A stretch of 63,988 bases of DNA, filler included, from Ionaspis alba (taxonomy: Eukaryota), in the NCBI GenBank assembly GCA_964255285.1. It is 10 parts of 10 records of this genome, joined end to end, with 100 filler letters (N's around TTAATTAATTAA, not from the genome) between each part and the next. Parts side by side here need not be neighbours in the genome. Positions count along the whole stretch, not along the records: positions 1 to 6,453 come from CAXUUL010000917.1; positions 6,554 to 13,005 come from CAXUUL010000918.1; 8 more parts are not named here. One strand, 5' to 3'. A model generated the notes under the pieces. That model was not told the origin of the DNA. It did no database searches and was given only the letters and a program-made list of their open reading frames with translations. Shown piece by piece: positions 1-13,105 of the stretch (positions within the stretch are counted from its first letter, which is position 1; each line of letters begins with the position of its first letter). Position numbers and translations under genes: made by a program.

Positions 1-2197
1 TCTCTTTTCATGCTCGCTTGTTTGGGGACTGGGAGATGCATTGCATGGAGTTGCTTATGCTATATATGATCATAATTGCTGAGCCAAACTGGATTTCAAA
101 TTCCGTCACAATCTTCAGTCTCTCTTTCGTCTTCGCCCCTCTGCTTGAGCTATACCACTATTAATTCTTTTGGATACTTCCGCTAGATTCATTTCTGAAA
201 CGTTTCAGTTGTCATTTGCCCCTGGATCCCACCGACACCAACTCGGTCACCTGCGACAAGGCCTTCCAGACTGTCAATGCCGTGTCGGTATTCACATCTA
301 GGTCCATGCAATATTGCAAGCCCTAACAATGTCATGTCACATTCTACTATTCCGCAGATTGTTCGCTAGATACCGAAGAGTTCTCTAGGACGAATTTCAG
401 TCCAAGGAGAGAAGCTTCACCTCGAAGATCATCGTACCTCCTACTACGACAGCCCCTCTGCCTAAAGATGAAGCTGCGGATCGGAAGGAACAGCAAGAGG
501 GTCCTACATTGGAAAGCAATATATAATGGTATAGAAACTTCCTCGAAGTCCTTACAGCTGAGCTAATGATAGCAAATACGCTTCTTCAACGACGGGCTTT
601 CGAGCCGGTTGGTCCACATTGTACCGATTTTTGAAACCTCCCTTTACGTTTCCTCTCCTGGTGCATCTCCGACCGAGATAATTCCCACGAAGACCTGAAA
701 ATGTCGCCTGCGCCAGTCTTTACGGGAGCGATATTGCAAACATCGCTAAGCTCTCTTTCTTCTGACGCGTCAACAAAGGTAGTCCTACCGTAGAGGCTGC
801 AACCTCCTCTTATCCTCATGCTTCTGTCGTTTTGAAGCCACGCAGATGCATCGACCGTGAGTCACACATACGGTTTCAACAATGTCAAGCCTCTACCGTG
901 AGTCTTCTGCCACAAGACTCGCGTGGAAGATCGATCCTGTGCACGGGGATGTGAGCTTTTCTTTCTTGGTATTGTGGAGGAGGGAAACTGGCAAGAACGC
1001 CCCAACAAAATCAGTCGGAAATACCGGCCTTCGAAACACCACTATCGCTGCGCAAACCCAGGCCCCGACACCAGTTACGGCAAATGTAGTAAAGAAGATT
1101 GTAAAAAAGGCAATAAAAGACAGCGCTGAAACTTTTTTAAGAACAATAAAAACAGCACCGATGCCTTCTTAAACGCCATAAAAGCCTTAAAAAAATAGCT
1201 AAAGGCGAGAACGTGTAGGTTTAAAGTCGCCCGAGCGATTTTAAATTTTTATGCCTATAAGACTCAGTCGCAACAGATTGCGAGTACAATAAAATTAATC
1301 CTTCGAAAATAATTTCTAATAAATAACATGATATTGTGTCTGTGATTTTATTAAGCCAAAATTATAGAGTATTCTAAACGAGTTAAATCTAATATTTTAC
1401 AATGGCCTTAAAGATACCCGTAGATATATACTTAAAAATTTCTATCTGACCGCCAAGCCTCAGTTTAGACTCAGACCCTCTGGCGAGGCTATGGGGTCTG
1501 AGTCCCTGAGGCAAACGGAATCCCGAATCGTGTAAGATCGAGATTAAAACCCTTTCAGAATTGAAAAAGATCCAGAATCGTCAGTTTTCATGTTTTTAAT
1601 TTCTTACCACTGTTCTTGTCGACCAAATGGACGATTAAAACAAAGTGAATTCAATCAGCCATTATAAATATAACCTGTGGAGGTGGCTAGAAGACCACAA
1701 AGAAGCGCTGAAGATTGAGAATCTCCCAACTATATGATCCGGTCAAAAATCGGATTACCGCAAAATGCTGATCCAACACCGGGGAAGGAAGAGAGCGACT
1801 GCAATCTAACTCGACTGACAACGCATACGCAACATTATCGATTCTTCGATCACGGGCAATGAGCTGTATGGAGATGGACGATGGTCGTGCGATGGCATAG
1901 ACAGGGACGGAAGATGCGGTGTTTTACTGCATACAGCTTATGCTTTACGGCCCTATGAGTTCACAGTCGATCCACCTTCATGAAGCTCGGAGATGTAGAT
2001 TTACGTCGAGCGCAGTAAGCATGTTTTGTGGCTGGGAGGAGTTGGGTGAGTGTTCTTATAGCGAGTTTATCAATGGAGTCAGTGCTACGCTGTACATCAC
2101 GAGTGTTCCTTATGAATGGATTCCCAGTGATGAGAAGTGTTTATATGTATATGTTCATGTTCAATCAAGTCTATTACATCTGTATTTCTAGCTGACA

Positions 2198-3546
2198 TCA
2201 CACCGGCGGATGCAACCCATCCGGAATCTCCAACCCGGTCGTATAATAGCTCTGCTTCTGCAGCCCACCCCACGCACTAGCAATCTTCGGCAACACCGTC
2301 CGACCCCCATAATTCGCCTTCGTATTCGGCACCGGCAACGCGGCCGGCATCTTGCTATTGAACAATCCCGGATACGACGAGTTGAAGAACATACTCTCAA
2401 ACGGCGGTTTCACCCACTCCCTAATCTTATCCCCCGTCTTAGCAGCCACAAACCCAAACACATTAGCGCCGACATCCCACCGTCCGAGGGTATGCAAGCC
2501 CCAGTTGGCCTCCACGGTGGCGATCTCGGAGTAGTGGTTGTAGTAATTAGAGTCTGTGGTTCCGACTAGATTTGCAGGGACGGCATCGCCGAGGAGGATG
2601 CCCATGACGTGGTTTTGTTGCGGGTAGGTCTCGTCTTCGTCGAAGGTGATGAGGACGAGGGTGTTGTTCATGAAGTTTTTGTTGGTGAGGAGGGGTTCGA
2701 GGAAGGTGCGGACCCAGGCGCCGGCGAAGGTGACGGAGGTGTCGTGGCCATCGTTGGCTGAGATGGAGAATTAGTCGTCGAACGCAGTATATAGGAAGGG
2801 GTCCGCATTACTCATGTTGGGGGTAATGAACATCCATTGCGGCAAGGTGTTTGCTGCGAGATCGCTTTGGAATAGGGTGAAGTTCTTGATGTTGGCACTT
2901 CGTTCCGGGCTCTTGGCAACGGAATCGTAGATAATGGCAGGGTTGTGCTTGCGGACATAGTCGTTTCCGCCAGTTGTGGAATATGAAGCGCCTTGGAAGC
3001 CTGAGTAGGGCATGTCTTCTTGGTACTCTGCCCAACTGATGCCTTTGTCCTCCAGGAGATCGACGATGGTGGAGACATTGGAGGGCACTGCGTTGACCTT
3101 GTCGTTGTCCATGCCGAAGTAGTCACCACCGATGGCAGCGATGTAATTGGGTTCACTGGGATGCGTGACTCCACTGACAGAGGCATTGATCAGTAGCGCT
3201 TTAGCAGAGTTTCGTTGGTGAAAGCGGGTACGCACTAATAATTGGAAAGCAGAATTCCTTTACTGGCCAGGTACTGGAGATTTGCTACATCTATAGTAAG
3301 TCACAAAACATCAAGAGGTACATGACGTGGCCCACGGTCATTCAGAGCTTCACTATCATCCGTATTCTCCAGCCAGATGATGGCTACCCGGTCAAAAGCT
3401 TTGCCTCGGACATGGCTCGTCCCACTCTTCGTTGTGGCACCAGCTGCCTCTGCCTCGATGGAGGCGTGGTTGGCTGTAACTTCTACAGCAGCGACAACAA
3501 TGCCAACTATAGCGAGCGTTGCTAAGAGACTCAGACCGAGCTGCAT
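2198..3546 (-). CDS. Secreted acid phosphatase, phosphoesterase family (4 exons)
   Basis: Signal peptide MQLGLSLLATLAIVGIVVAA. Family motifs GKAFDRVAIIWLENTD, VTHPSEPNYIA, YVRKHNP, PQWMFITPNM-NDGHDT and LITFDEDE are spread across ORFs joined by three GT-AG introns. Confidence 0.9.
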
Positions 3547-5017
3547 TTTGAGAATTGAAAATATCAGAAAGTGAGGGAAATTATTGAACAGAAACGGGTC
3601 TTGCTAAAGATAGAGGCAAGAAAATCTTGGAGCCAAGAGCTTTATAGAAAGCAGAGAATGGTAAATATGCCTCTCCTTACCTTGATCTTATGTCTTAGAA
3701 TAAATGGCCAAACCCCCGATTTCTTGTCAGATGGTTGCATGCTCCATGGATTATTGACGTTTCTTCCGGAGGGATTTCGCAACTGCTATTAGCGGAAGGT
3801 GGATCAGGGCCGGAGGCAGGCTGGCACAGCGATATTATTGAATGCAGTATCTTTCTAGCATATCATAGAAGCCTGAGCGTACCAGGTAGTGACCATGTGG
3901 ATGTTTTGCGTAGTCTGATTTGAGCAGGCGAAGGATGCAGGGCTCGGAGTACAGGCACGAGTGACAGGGAAGTTAGATGGGGATGCGCGGTGGAAAGTGG
4001 CAAGGTCTCCGGCGCTTGACTGGATAGACGGATATCACCCTAGTTGGGAGCAAACGGTCGAGCTGGAGACCAATTAGATCGAGTTAGTATCAGCGTGTGT
4101 TCAATTGAAGAATTCTGTGATTCTGGTGGAGTGACACCACGGGGATGCAGGAATCTGGAAGCCCTAGAAGCGCATGACGGAAATGCTTATCCGGTCTTGG
4201 CTGCAGCGGGAAGGTCGCTTGAATAGCAGCAACCAATTAGATTGACGTCATTATTGACGGCAAGACATCTTGGGCCTCGTCTTAATGGCAGTACTCACAA
4301 AGTTGGAAATCTCGAGTACAAAAATCGAAAATGACAATTCGAGTACTGGTTTTGACTGTTGTGCAAAAACTGAGCTACTCGAGCTTTGCATAATATACAT
4401 AAGTGGTGCATGATATTTATGCAACAGAAGCCATATTAGTCATCAGATCCTACATTATTTTATCCAAATATTTCCCGCGTTATGTGGAGTTTATGGGAAT
4501 CATATGCAAGACTCGTATCAATCGAATTCCCTGAATATCTGCCCTCACTCATACTCGAATGTTAATCTGTTAGGGTACTGAGAATCATTCAAAGTCTGAG
4601 TATGATTGTTTTGGTCCGAACACTATTTAAAATGGTCACATGAGAGGTGTGGATTAAACATACAATTTCGAAGGCACTTATATCATCTGTAGATAATCAA
4701 CCGCATTGTATTGAGAACAAGTAGGTCATGAAAAGAACCTGCTTGGCAGTTCATTTATTGAAGAAGCTAAATGGTAAGCATGTCCGATATGGCGATAACC
4801 CCGGGCGTAAGGCCGATTAAATCCGATAGAAATTATAAATCTACTATGTCTAACACCGAGATGAGATAGGCATCAGCATGGATAATAATGTCTTCCAAGT
4901 GCCATCCGAGTCTTCTGTAGCAATACCACGTTACCTTCAGCGTTGTCTTACAGCTTAAAAGAAGGAAGAGAGTTGGTACTACATCATTGAACTTGTTTTT
5001 CATTCAGCACGATCACA

Positions 5018-5835
5018 ATGGCATCTCCATCAACTGTTGTTCTGATAACTGGTACTATCCTTCTCTCCTGCACTACATCTCCACATCTCCCTCTCATTAC
5101 ACTAACCTCCTATCAGGTGCAAACTCCGGCGTCGGCTACGCAACAGCGAAAGTCCTCGCCTCTGCGTCCCCCAAGTACCATGTCATCATGGCAAGTCGCT
5201 CCATAGAGAAAGGCAAAGCAGCCAGCGAAGCCATCCAAGCAGCCGATATCAAAGGCAAAGTCTCAAGTGTCCAGCTAGACGTCACAGACGAGGCATCAAT
5301 AGCAGCGGCAGTCAAGCAAGTAGAGAAAGACCACGGCCGCCTCGACGTCTTGGTGAACAACGCCGGCATATCTTCCAAAGCTCCAACACTCAAAGAGCAA
5401 CTCGAAGCCACATTCCAGACCAATGTCGTTGGTGCAGCCATCGTGGCAGAAGCATTCACTCCCCTCCTACTGAAGTCAGCGCATCCGTACCTGGTGCACG
5501 TCAGCAGCGGACTCGGCTCCATTCTTGGGGCTTCAGACAAGACTAGCCACGCCTATGAGCTTGATGCGAGAGCGTACAGGATGAGTAAAGCGGCGTTGAA
5601 TATGCTGGCGGTGCAGGATGCGAGAACGCTGGGTAAGCAAGGGGTGAAGGTCTTTGCTTTTTGTCCTGGGCTCGTCGAATCGAATTTGAGGGGTGAGACG
5701 GAGCAGGAGAAGACTGCTGGGGGAAAGGCGGGAGATCCGGAGGAATCGGGACGCTCGATCTTAGCGATTGTGGAGGGAAAGAGGGATGAGGATGTGGGGA
5801 CTTTTGTACATAAGGATGGGGTTTATCCTTGGTAG
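5018..5835 (+). CDS. Short-chain dehydrogenase/reductase (carbonyl reductase-like)
   Basis: MASPSTVVLITG, intron 5052-5116, then GANSGVG (TGxxxGxG). Also LDVLVNNAG and the catalytic YRMSK (YxxxK). Confidence 0.92.
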
Positions 5836-6453
5836 GAGGAGAGCTTAGGGTGTAGGAGAGAAATTCTCTCAATATATCTTGGACGAGATATCTGAGCAAG
5901 GAGAACAAGATGAGATTGGAAAAAGCGCGAATCCTGAAGCGAGACGGTTTGACGGAGCTCGAGCAATCAAGGCTGAGGTTATACCTCATTCCCATTATTA
6001 TCTCTCTTCCAGTAGGGACATGTAGGGAGGCATACGATTCAGAGAAACGATGCCCGGTCATGGCAGTAAGATGGAAAGGTCGCATGCTAGCCTCGTTGCC
6101 GGAATCCGCACGACAACTTTATCTGCTTGCCTGCGAGCTCCTTCCCAGCTCTTTGACCGAACCTTTCTCTCTCTGTGGCGCAACGGATTGGTAGCCACGG
6201 GACAAAAGGCGCTTGGGAGGCTGCCAGTCTAGGCCTGATCGGGAATTAGATCTTGGCATAGCTCGGTATTTGACAGTCGAGTTCCTGATCTTCACGTTAC
6301 CAATGAACATCTAGGAGTTGTCATGAGGACTTTTCATAAAAGGAGCTCACTTTCCTGCTCCTTCAATGTCTCCTGGGCATCGTTATACGTGGACTACTCA
6401 TTAAGCTCCTGGAATTGAATTATTGATTGTATGCCTCCTACACAATGGCTATC

Positions 6454-6553
6454 NNNNNNNNNNNNNNNNNNNNNNNNNNNNNNNNNNNNNNNNNNNNTTA
6501 ATTAATTAANNNNNNNNNNNNNNNNNNNNNNNNNNNNNNNNNNNNNNNNNNNN
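6454..6553. other. Artificial contig linker N44-TTAATTAATTAA-N44. The same linker occurs at 13006-13105, 19556-19655, 26095-26194, 32623-32722, 39126-39225, 45623-45722, 52109-52208 and 58565-58664.
   Basis: Identical 100-nt spacer carrying a palindrome with stops in all six frames. Genes are truncated at these points. Confidence 0.98.
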
Positions 6554-6822
6554 GTCTTCTTGACCTTTTTGACTTCTGTGTGTGTCTTGACTATCTGCCT
6601 CGATCCCAAGGCTTTCGCATTGCCGTACTTGTCTGCGCTTCTTTTGAGGATATCGTATATGGTTCTTACATCTTCCGAAGGGGAGGAGATCAATTTGTCC
6701 TTGGCAGATGGATGCCTGCGGGGTATAGTCTCCCCTTCGACAGGCTCGTAACCCGATGCTTCGACACTGAATGGGCCTTTGGCGGACATGACAGGCAAGA
6801 AAGCTCGACCCTTCTGCGCCAT
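6554..6822 (-). CDS. Long-chain fatty acyl-CoA synthetase (Faa1-like), 5' fragment truncated by contig end
   Basis: PFSVEASGYEPVEGETIPRRHP...TIYDILKRSADKYGNAKALGSR matches the N-terminus of fungal Faa1/FaaA. Confidence 0.85.
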
Positions 6823-7561
6823 GATTGAAATATAGGATATGGAGACTGTGAGATAATGCGTGTGGAGTTTGAAGGTGGGAGGTTTAGGGAAAAAGAGAAA
6901 GTGTTTATAGCAGAAGTAGCAACAGAGAAACACGGACTAGAAAATAGCTGGTCGTGTATAGATGGTTGAGCCAAAAACGTGTGAATGAGTTAGAGTTGTT
7001 GCGTGAATGTGAAGCAAGGTGAGGAAGTAGAGGATGACTGTAGGTAGGAAGTGCTGTGGAAGCGACGAGCTCTGATGCCTCTCGGCCTTGTCTTGCCTGT
7101 GACCGGTAGCCAGCTCAACGACGTAAACAGCCGAGAGAGCCAAGGCCATACTAAGCTCTATTGGGCCAGCTGGGCAGTCCTCGGCGGTGCGGACTTCAAG
7201 GCTCCGGTTTGCTGTTGGGCTTGGTTGTGAGTATCACTTGATGTGAAGTTACATTGACTACATCTATCCAGTAGACCACTGTCATCTGTAACTTGTTCTA
7301 CTCTTAGAGATTGCCTTGCTCGCCGTTGTGACTGTTGCTGTCACTTTGTTCTCCTCGCCGACCTAGTGCTTGCATGGCGTACTCACCATTCCCTTCAAGC
7401 CTCTCTGAGTCGAGCATTTCCGGTGGAAAATAACTTTTGGCCATCCTTAGAAGAGGATTCCACTTGTCCTGCTTCACACTCGTTGTTTTGCCTAGTCCCA
7501 CCATGTGATCTGTGCCCAAGCATTTACAACGAGACTATGCGATTTTGCGTCCTTCCGTGAA

Positions 7562-8519
7562 ATGCCCATGATGGCGTTACCATGTGCGAGCTTCGGTGAA
7601 TTCCTGGTTCTATTAGGCGATGAGGTTGGGGATACAGATGAAGGTGATTGGCGTGTAGGTGATCATGGAAGGACTGTCTAATGATCGTTCAGAGTGTTTC
7701 TTGCTCTTCTCTCAGGATATTCCCTCTCATGATCTCGGCTTCGTGGACTCGAAGTCTTCCATTCTCGAGCTCGAAGTCGGTGGTCAAGATGTTGTGCTGC
7801 ATCAATCACCAGGTATTCTGGCCTCCAATCGAGCTGAGGGTACTACCGGTGCCGTAATATGGAAGATTAGCCCTCTCTTTGCCGAGTGGATCTCATCTTC
7901 TGCGAACGTTTTCTTTCAACAATCCATTCTTCAGCGGACCTCCACAATTCTGGAGCTAGGCTGCGGAATATCCGGCCTCGTTGGTTTGGCACTGGCTACG
8001 CGTGTCTCAAGAATCATCCTGACAGATCAGACATACCTCTTGAAATTCTTGAAACAGAATCTGGATGAAAATACTCCAATCCCGAGCCCAGTCCCGTCGG
8101 AGAGGAAGAACAACAGAAATCGATCAAAGGCTTCATCCGGTTCAGGCAAACGAGCCGAGATCGAGGTTATGGAACTTGACTGGGAGAAGAGCTCGATTTC
8201 ATCGATACCTGCCCTACTTGGGGACACCGATAGCATTGACGCAATCGTTGCTTGTGATTGTGTTTACAATGAAAGTCTAATTGAACCTCTTGTTCGTACC
8301 TCTTCCGAGCTCTGCCAATTCCGGAGCAGAAGGTCGGCCAAGCCTCCTACTCTATGTATAGTCGCTCAGCAACTCCGGTCTCCATCTGTCTTTCAGGCTT
8401 GGCTAGAACGCTTCCATCGATCTTTCAGAGTATGGAGAATGCCAGATGAGCTTCTTTCCGATGGTCTTCGAAGTGGTTCTGGTTATGTGGTACATCTAGG
8501 CATCATCCGGAATGACTGA
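7562..8519 (+). CDS. RKM5: Protein-lysine N-methyltransferase, Rkm5-like (methyltransferase family 16)
   Basis: Exon 1 ...GDEVGDTDE, intron 7644-7692. Motifs QSPGILASNRAEGTTGAVIW, LELGCGISGL, ELDWE and ACDCVYNESL. The spliced length is 303 codons. Confidence 0.8.
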
Positions 8520-9714
8520 CTAACCTTGCAAGGCTTCTGTGTCGCCTTGAACATTTTCAGGGGCCTTGCGACTTCCCTTCAGAATTGGAAACATACTAAA
8601 TGTCATCCGTTTTCCTCGTGAGAACCGAGTCGACAAACATGATCCGAATACAAGTATGGGCGTGTGCATCGCCCTATATCATCGCGAGCACGGAACGCAC
8701 GATGAGTGTCGTCTACCAGGATCCTCTTCTTGGAGACAGCCTCCTGGACCATGGTAAGCGCGGTTTTTTAAGGACTCGCAACAAATAGAGACGAATCCGT
8801 TACAACTCCTTATGCTTCACCAAGCACGGTTGAGAAGTTCTCTCCTGTTGCAATTTTCATGCATGCAGGACACATCACATTGACCTTTAGCAGCGGTCGC
8901 CACACTCGAACGCGGCCTCTGGCTGAACTCCCTTGCAGGACCCCGAGTACTTGATCAAATCATGCCAGCTTTCAATGTCGTCCTGATTGTTCTCGATATC
9001 TATTAGGAAATTGCAAATTGACTATCCCATTTGATCCTCACCGTCATATACTCAGAGCGTTCTGCACCGCCTCATAGTCGCTTTATGAAGCTCCTGAACG
9101 TCTAGCTCGGGATCAGCAGCGGCGTGCAAACAGCACTCGTTGGCTGGGCAAGCCGTGATAATATTGCCCAGTACTACGTGGGCAGATGGGAAGTTTGACG
9201 ATGCCTCCAAGGGCCATTTGCTACAAGACTCTAAACCTAACGGTTCTACGCTCAACTACTTTTACTCCGTAGGCCTTTGCGACTCCGTTCGAGTAGATTA
9301 CCTTCATAACCCGTCCGAGGACTACCATGACCAAGACTAGAAGTTTATCGACGTACCGGTTGAGTGTTCCGACTTGGGGTGACGGCGACGAATGATCAAT
9401 AGATCTTTTAGTACAGCGTAGCTACTTTAGACTCATGAAACACTTGTGCTCGCTGTTAATATATTCCCAAATTCACTACAACCTCTGTATTCAGCATCTC
9501 GTTGATGGCTTCGATCCATCCACAAGAACTCCAAGACGTAGTATCATTACGGGTTAGCATTCTCGAGAGATATTCCAAAAAAAAATCAAAAAAAAAAAAT
9601 CCAATGAGCCCTTCATAATATAGTTGTTTGAACGCCTTCGCTAAACGCAGCTCAATACAGAAAAACCATGAGATCAAGGAATAAGCCTTTGCAATAGTAG
9701 GGTCATGCTAGAGA

Positions 9715-12550
9715 TCAGTCTTCGATGATATGGTATAGCCCATCATCGCCCTTCCGCAAGCGAATCTCATCCCCAAGAGGCTCCGTAGCTACCCGAGCCA
9801 CTTCCAAGTACGATCTCCCGGCTCTGTCGCCACCAGCTGGCCGTGGATATGAGGACTGCGACAGCAAGGGGGAGAATTCGCTGTTCGATTCAGGAGACAG
9901 CGTTGGAGCCGAGGTCATGGGTGTGAGCAGGTGCTGGAGTTCTGGGTCAGATGATAGAGGTGCATGCCATATTCGGCTATGTGACACTCCTGGGGTCGGG
10001 GCAGCCGGGCTCGTGGGCGACCCTGTGGGATTCGGTCTTGTATTCGGGGACAGCTCCGGGGATTGGGCGTCAGAGCGTTGCGTCCGCTCTGCTGTTGTTT
10101 CGTTGAGAGATGGGGCGAATCCCTGCATCTTAGGCGCTTGCTTTCTATCGTGCTCAGGATTCGGGGTGCCGAGAACAGAACCAGCGACTGGGCGACGCTG
10201 TATAGTACCCTTTCCGCTCACCGAGGTTGGCATCACCTGTTTCTTTGGTACAGGAGGAGGCAAATCCTCCGCGCTTCCGGTTGTGGATGGCGACGACCTA
10301 GGTAAAGGAGCTGCCATCGGTGGTGCAATATGAGAGCGGTGTGAGACCCCGAACCTGTCTCTGATTTCTTCAATGCGATGTGAACCAGGGACCAGATCTA
10401 GGTCTATATGTTCGTGACTCCCGGGTGAGTTTATTGATTGCCCCAATTCGGGATTATCGGTCTCAGCTTGCAGCACCTCGCCGGATCCGGACCAGCTGGA
10501 TCGGATTGTGGAGAGATCACCCTGGGCTTTAGCGTTACGAAGGTCGTTGAGTTTCTCCAATTTCTTCTGCGATTGCACTCGAGCAGCCGTTGGCATCCCC
10601 ATGAGATCGAAGGTGAACTTTTCGCTGTGCAGTTGCATGATGAGCGCATCAATACTGTTAGCTCCGTGTCCACCATGTTTGTCGATCGGATGACGGGGAA
10701 CGTAGAAGACAGTTCGCTCCGGAGATTTCAAAAACGACCTAACAGAAGCCCATTCTTCTCGCACATTCACCCGGCCGTGACGAAACATTTTCTGGATGCT
10801 CTTCAACATAGCGTTAATATTTTGCTGACAGACATAACCGGTTCTGCGGAGAGCATGCGGGTAGGGTGCCACGGATACTTTGCGTCCAGCCTGCTCTAGT
10901 GTGGGGCGACTGCCCTTCTCCGTATCTTGCAATTGATCCCTTCTCCTCGTCGCCTTCTTCCTCTGAATCTCGTGTATTGCATGACTGACTCGATACAATC
11001 CTTGATTAAATATTCTGATTACTGTATTCACCAAGCTGTCGTGATACCTACCCACGAAGGCAGCAAAAACAACAAGTCCCACTGAAGCTGGAGAACTCCA
11101 TGCACCAACATGGATGTGCGACTCGGCCTCTGGAAGTTGATTGACGATGATCTCATTCGCGACCATGTTACCGACAAAGAGAGGCAATGCAAGCACCGTG
11201 GCGAAGATAGCCCACAGGTAAGCACAGAAGGCGACCGTAACGGCGTACCATTTCTGCCATCGTTTGAAACGCTCGAACCTGGCCGGGCCATGTTGCCTGG
11301 CACGATCGGTGGTGAGCCACGGGACTTTGATCCCGTACAAAGACAAGAATAGCACATCTCTTACTTGCCGCGGCGACCTTCTCCCAAAGCAAGCAGTCCA
11401 GACACCTTGTGCCAAGATATATACGAGCGAAGCTAAGCCATAGTTAATGTAGAAAGCTGAATATTGCGCGTTCCTAGACTCTTTTTGGGTCACCTTCGGA
11501 CCCCCGAGGATATGCCGAATTTCGACCTGTGTCAGCGTTCTAAGATCGCTGTTGTCGCGAAAGATGGTGGGTCCATCAAGTTCCGCGACATTAAAGCAGG
11601 GATCAATACAGTTATTTTCTGCGATCCATTCTGCATCCATGAACAGAGCAGTCCATGACGAATCCTGACCCGCCGTCATGCTCAATTGACCATTCGGGGG
11701 AACACAGGTAGTATTGAGGAGACTGCTGTAATCGAAAGGCACCAGGAAGATTCCTGGGTCATTGAGAGCAACGAACAAGCAAAGAAATCCCATGGCCACC
11801 AAGAAGGCCCAGTAGATTATGATAGTTCTAGCAGCTGACTTGTGACCGGGGCGAGCGCCAAGGTGCCTTAGAGTTCTAGACCAGTTGAGCAAAGGGACGA
11901 TGATCAAGCACGACGTGCTCAGGATGGCCAACAGAGCCCAGAAGTCGTTATCCGCAAAGTTTTGGTTACTCCAGACCAACAAGCATGCGTGAATGGCAGC
12001 CGTGCCGGAATAGGTCAGCGCAGCAGCAAGGGCACCTCCGATGAGCCATTCATGGCCTCTCCAAAGCAAAGCGAAAGCAAGCAAGGCATAGAAGACGATG
12101 CGAGGTGTGCGTGCGTAGTTGCCCTTCGAACAATCATTAGCTCACCTAGCGCAAGGATTGATGTGGTATGATCAACAGCATCAGGCGGCCTACCGATACA
12201 GGATACCAGCACAAAACCGCAGTATTCCAAAGCTCTGGGTCGACATAGACAGCAATATCATTTTGTACCAGGGACGCAGCTATATTGTTGATGACACCGA
12301 CCTCGACGGTAAAGGAAGGCTTTGCGACTTCAACCGTTGATACCGCTGCTGAAGCTGTGGCTGAGGGTGAAGACTGCTGCGTTGACAGGACGGAGGAGCT
12401 TGCCGTCGCAGACGCTGCAACTGTCGAAGAGTTCTGGGACGACGTGGTCGAGGAAGACAAGGACGATGAGGAAGGTGCAGCAAACGCTATGCAGAAGAAG
12501 AGTATCAAAACAGAGAGCGTAAGCCACGTACGGGTACTGCGGAGGCCCAT
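9715..12550 (-). CDS. Uncharacterised multi-pass membrane protein (~921 aa) with signal peptide, Ser/Thr-rich N-terminus and disordered C-terminus
   Basis: Exon 1 12550-12194 and intron 12124-12193 restore CWYPVSGNYARTPRIVFYALLAF in frame with the 789-aa ORF. There are many hydrophobic segments. Confidence 0.75.
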
Positions 12551-12973
12551 TTCCAGCTTGCTGGAAGAACAATAATATGAACCGTGGAGCAGAGAAATGT
12601 CCAAGAGATATCTGACAGTGGAGGCAAGCTTGGAAAGAGGAACGAAGACGCAGTAGTAAGACTGCTATGAACCGCACAAGCCTTGTCGCCGGCCGTTCGC
12701 CGGCAACGCGATATGGAGCTGAAGCCTAGCATACCTAGATGACCGAGATAGAGGCTTTTGGGGGTAGGGAGCAAGGTATGGTCAGCTTCGGATGAATTTT
12801 CAAGGAGGGCAAGGGGGTCTGATTGGAGGGAAAGAGGAGGCAATTTCAGAGGATCCATGCCCGATCGTGCATGATGACGGCCCCCACAGTACATAGAGGA
12901 TGAGTGCCGTATGAGCATAGAGTCACCCCAGGACACGTCAGGGGGTTGCCTCTCGAACAGCCTGGGAGCCAGC

Positions 12974-13005
12974 GCTGTGCTGTGCTGTGCTGTGCTGTGC
13001 TGTGC
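12974..13005 (+). repeat. (GCTGT)n pentanucleotide microsatellite at contig end
   Basis: Six perfect GCTGT copies run into the linker and are the likely cause of the contig break. Confidence 0.9.
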
Positions 13006-13105
13006 NNNNNNNNNNNNNNNNNNNNNNNNNNNNNNNNNNNNNNNNNNNNTTAATTAATTAANNNNNNNNNNNNNNNNNNNNNNNNNNNNNNNNNNNNNNN
13101 NNNNN

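Noticed and set aside
6498..6509. TTAATTAATTAA palindrome recurring about every 6.5 kb as a biological repeat or piggyBac-like TTAA site
   Set aside because: It is always centred in N runs and is a synthetic six-frame-stop linker.
8560..9400. Short ORF fragments between the RKM5-like gene and the membrane protein as a possible pseudogene
   Set aside because: I could not build recognisable homology or a coherent exon chain by eye.
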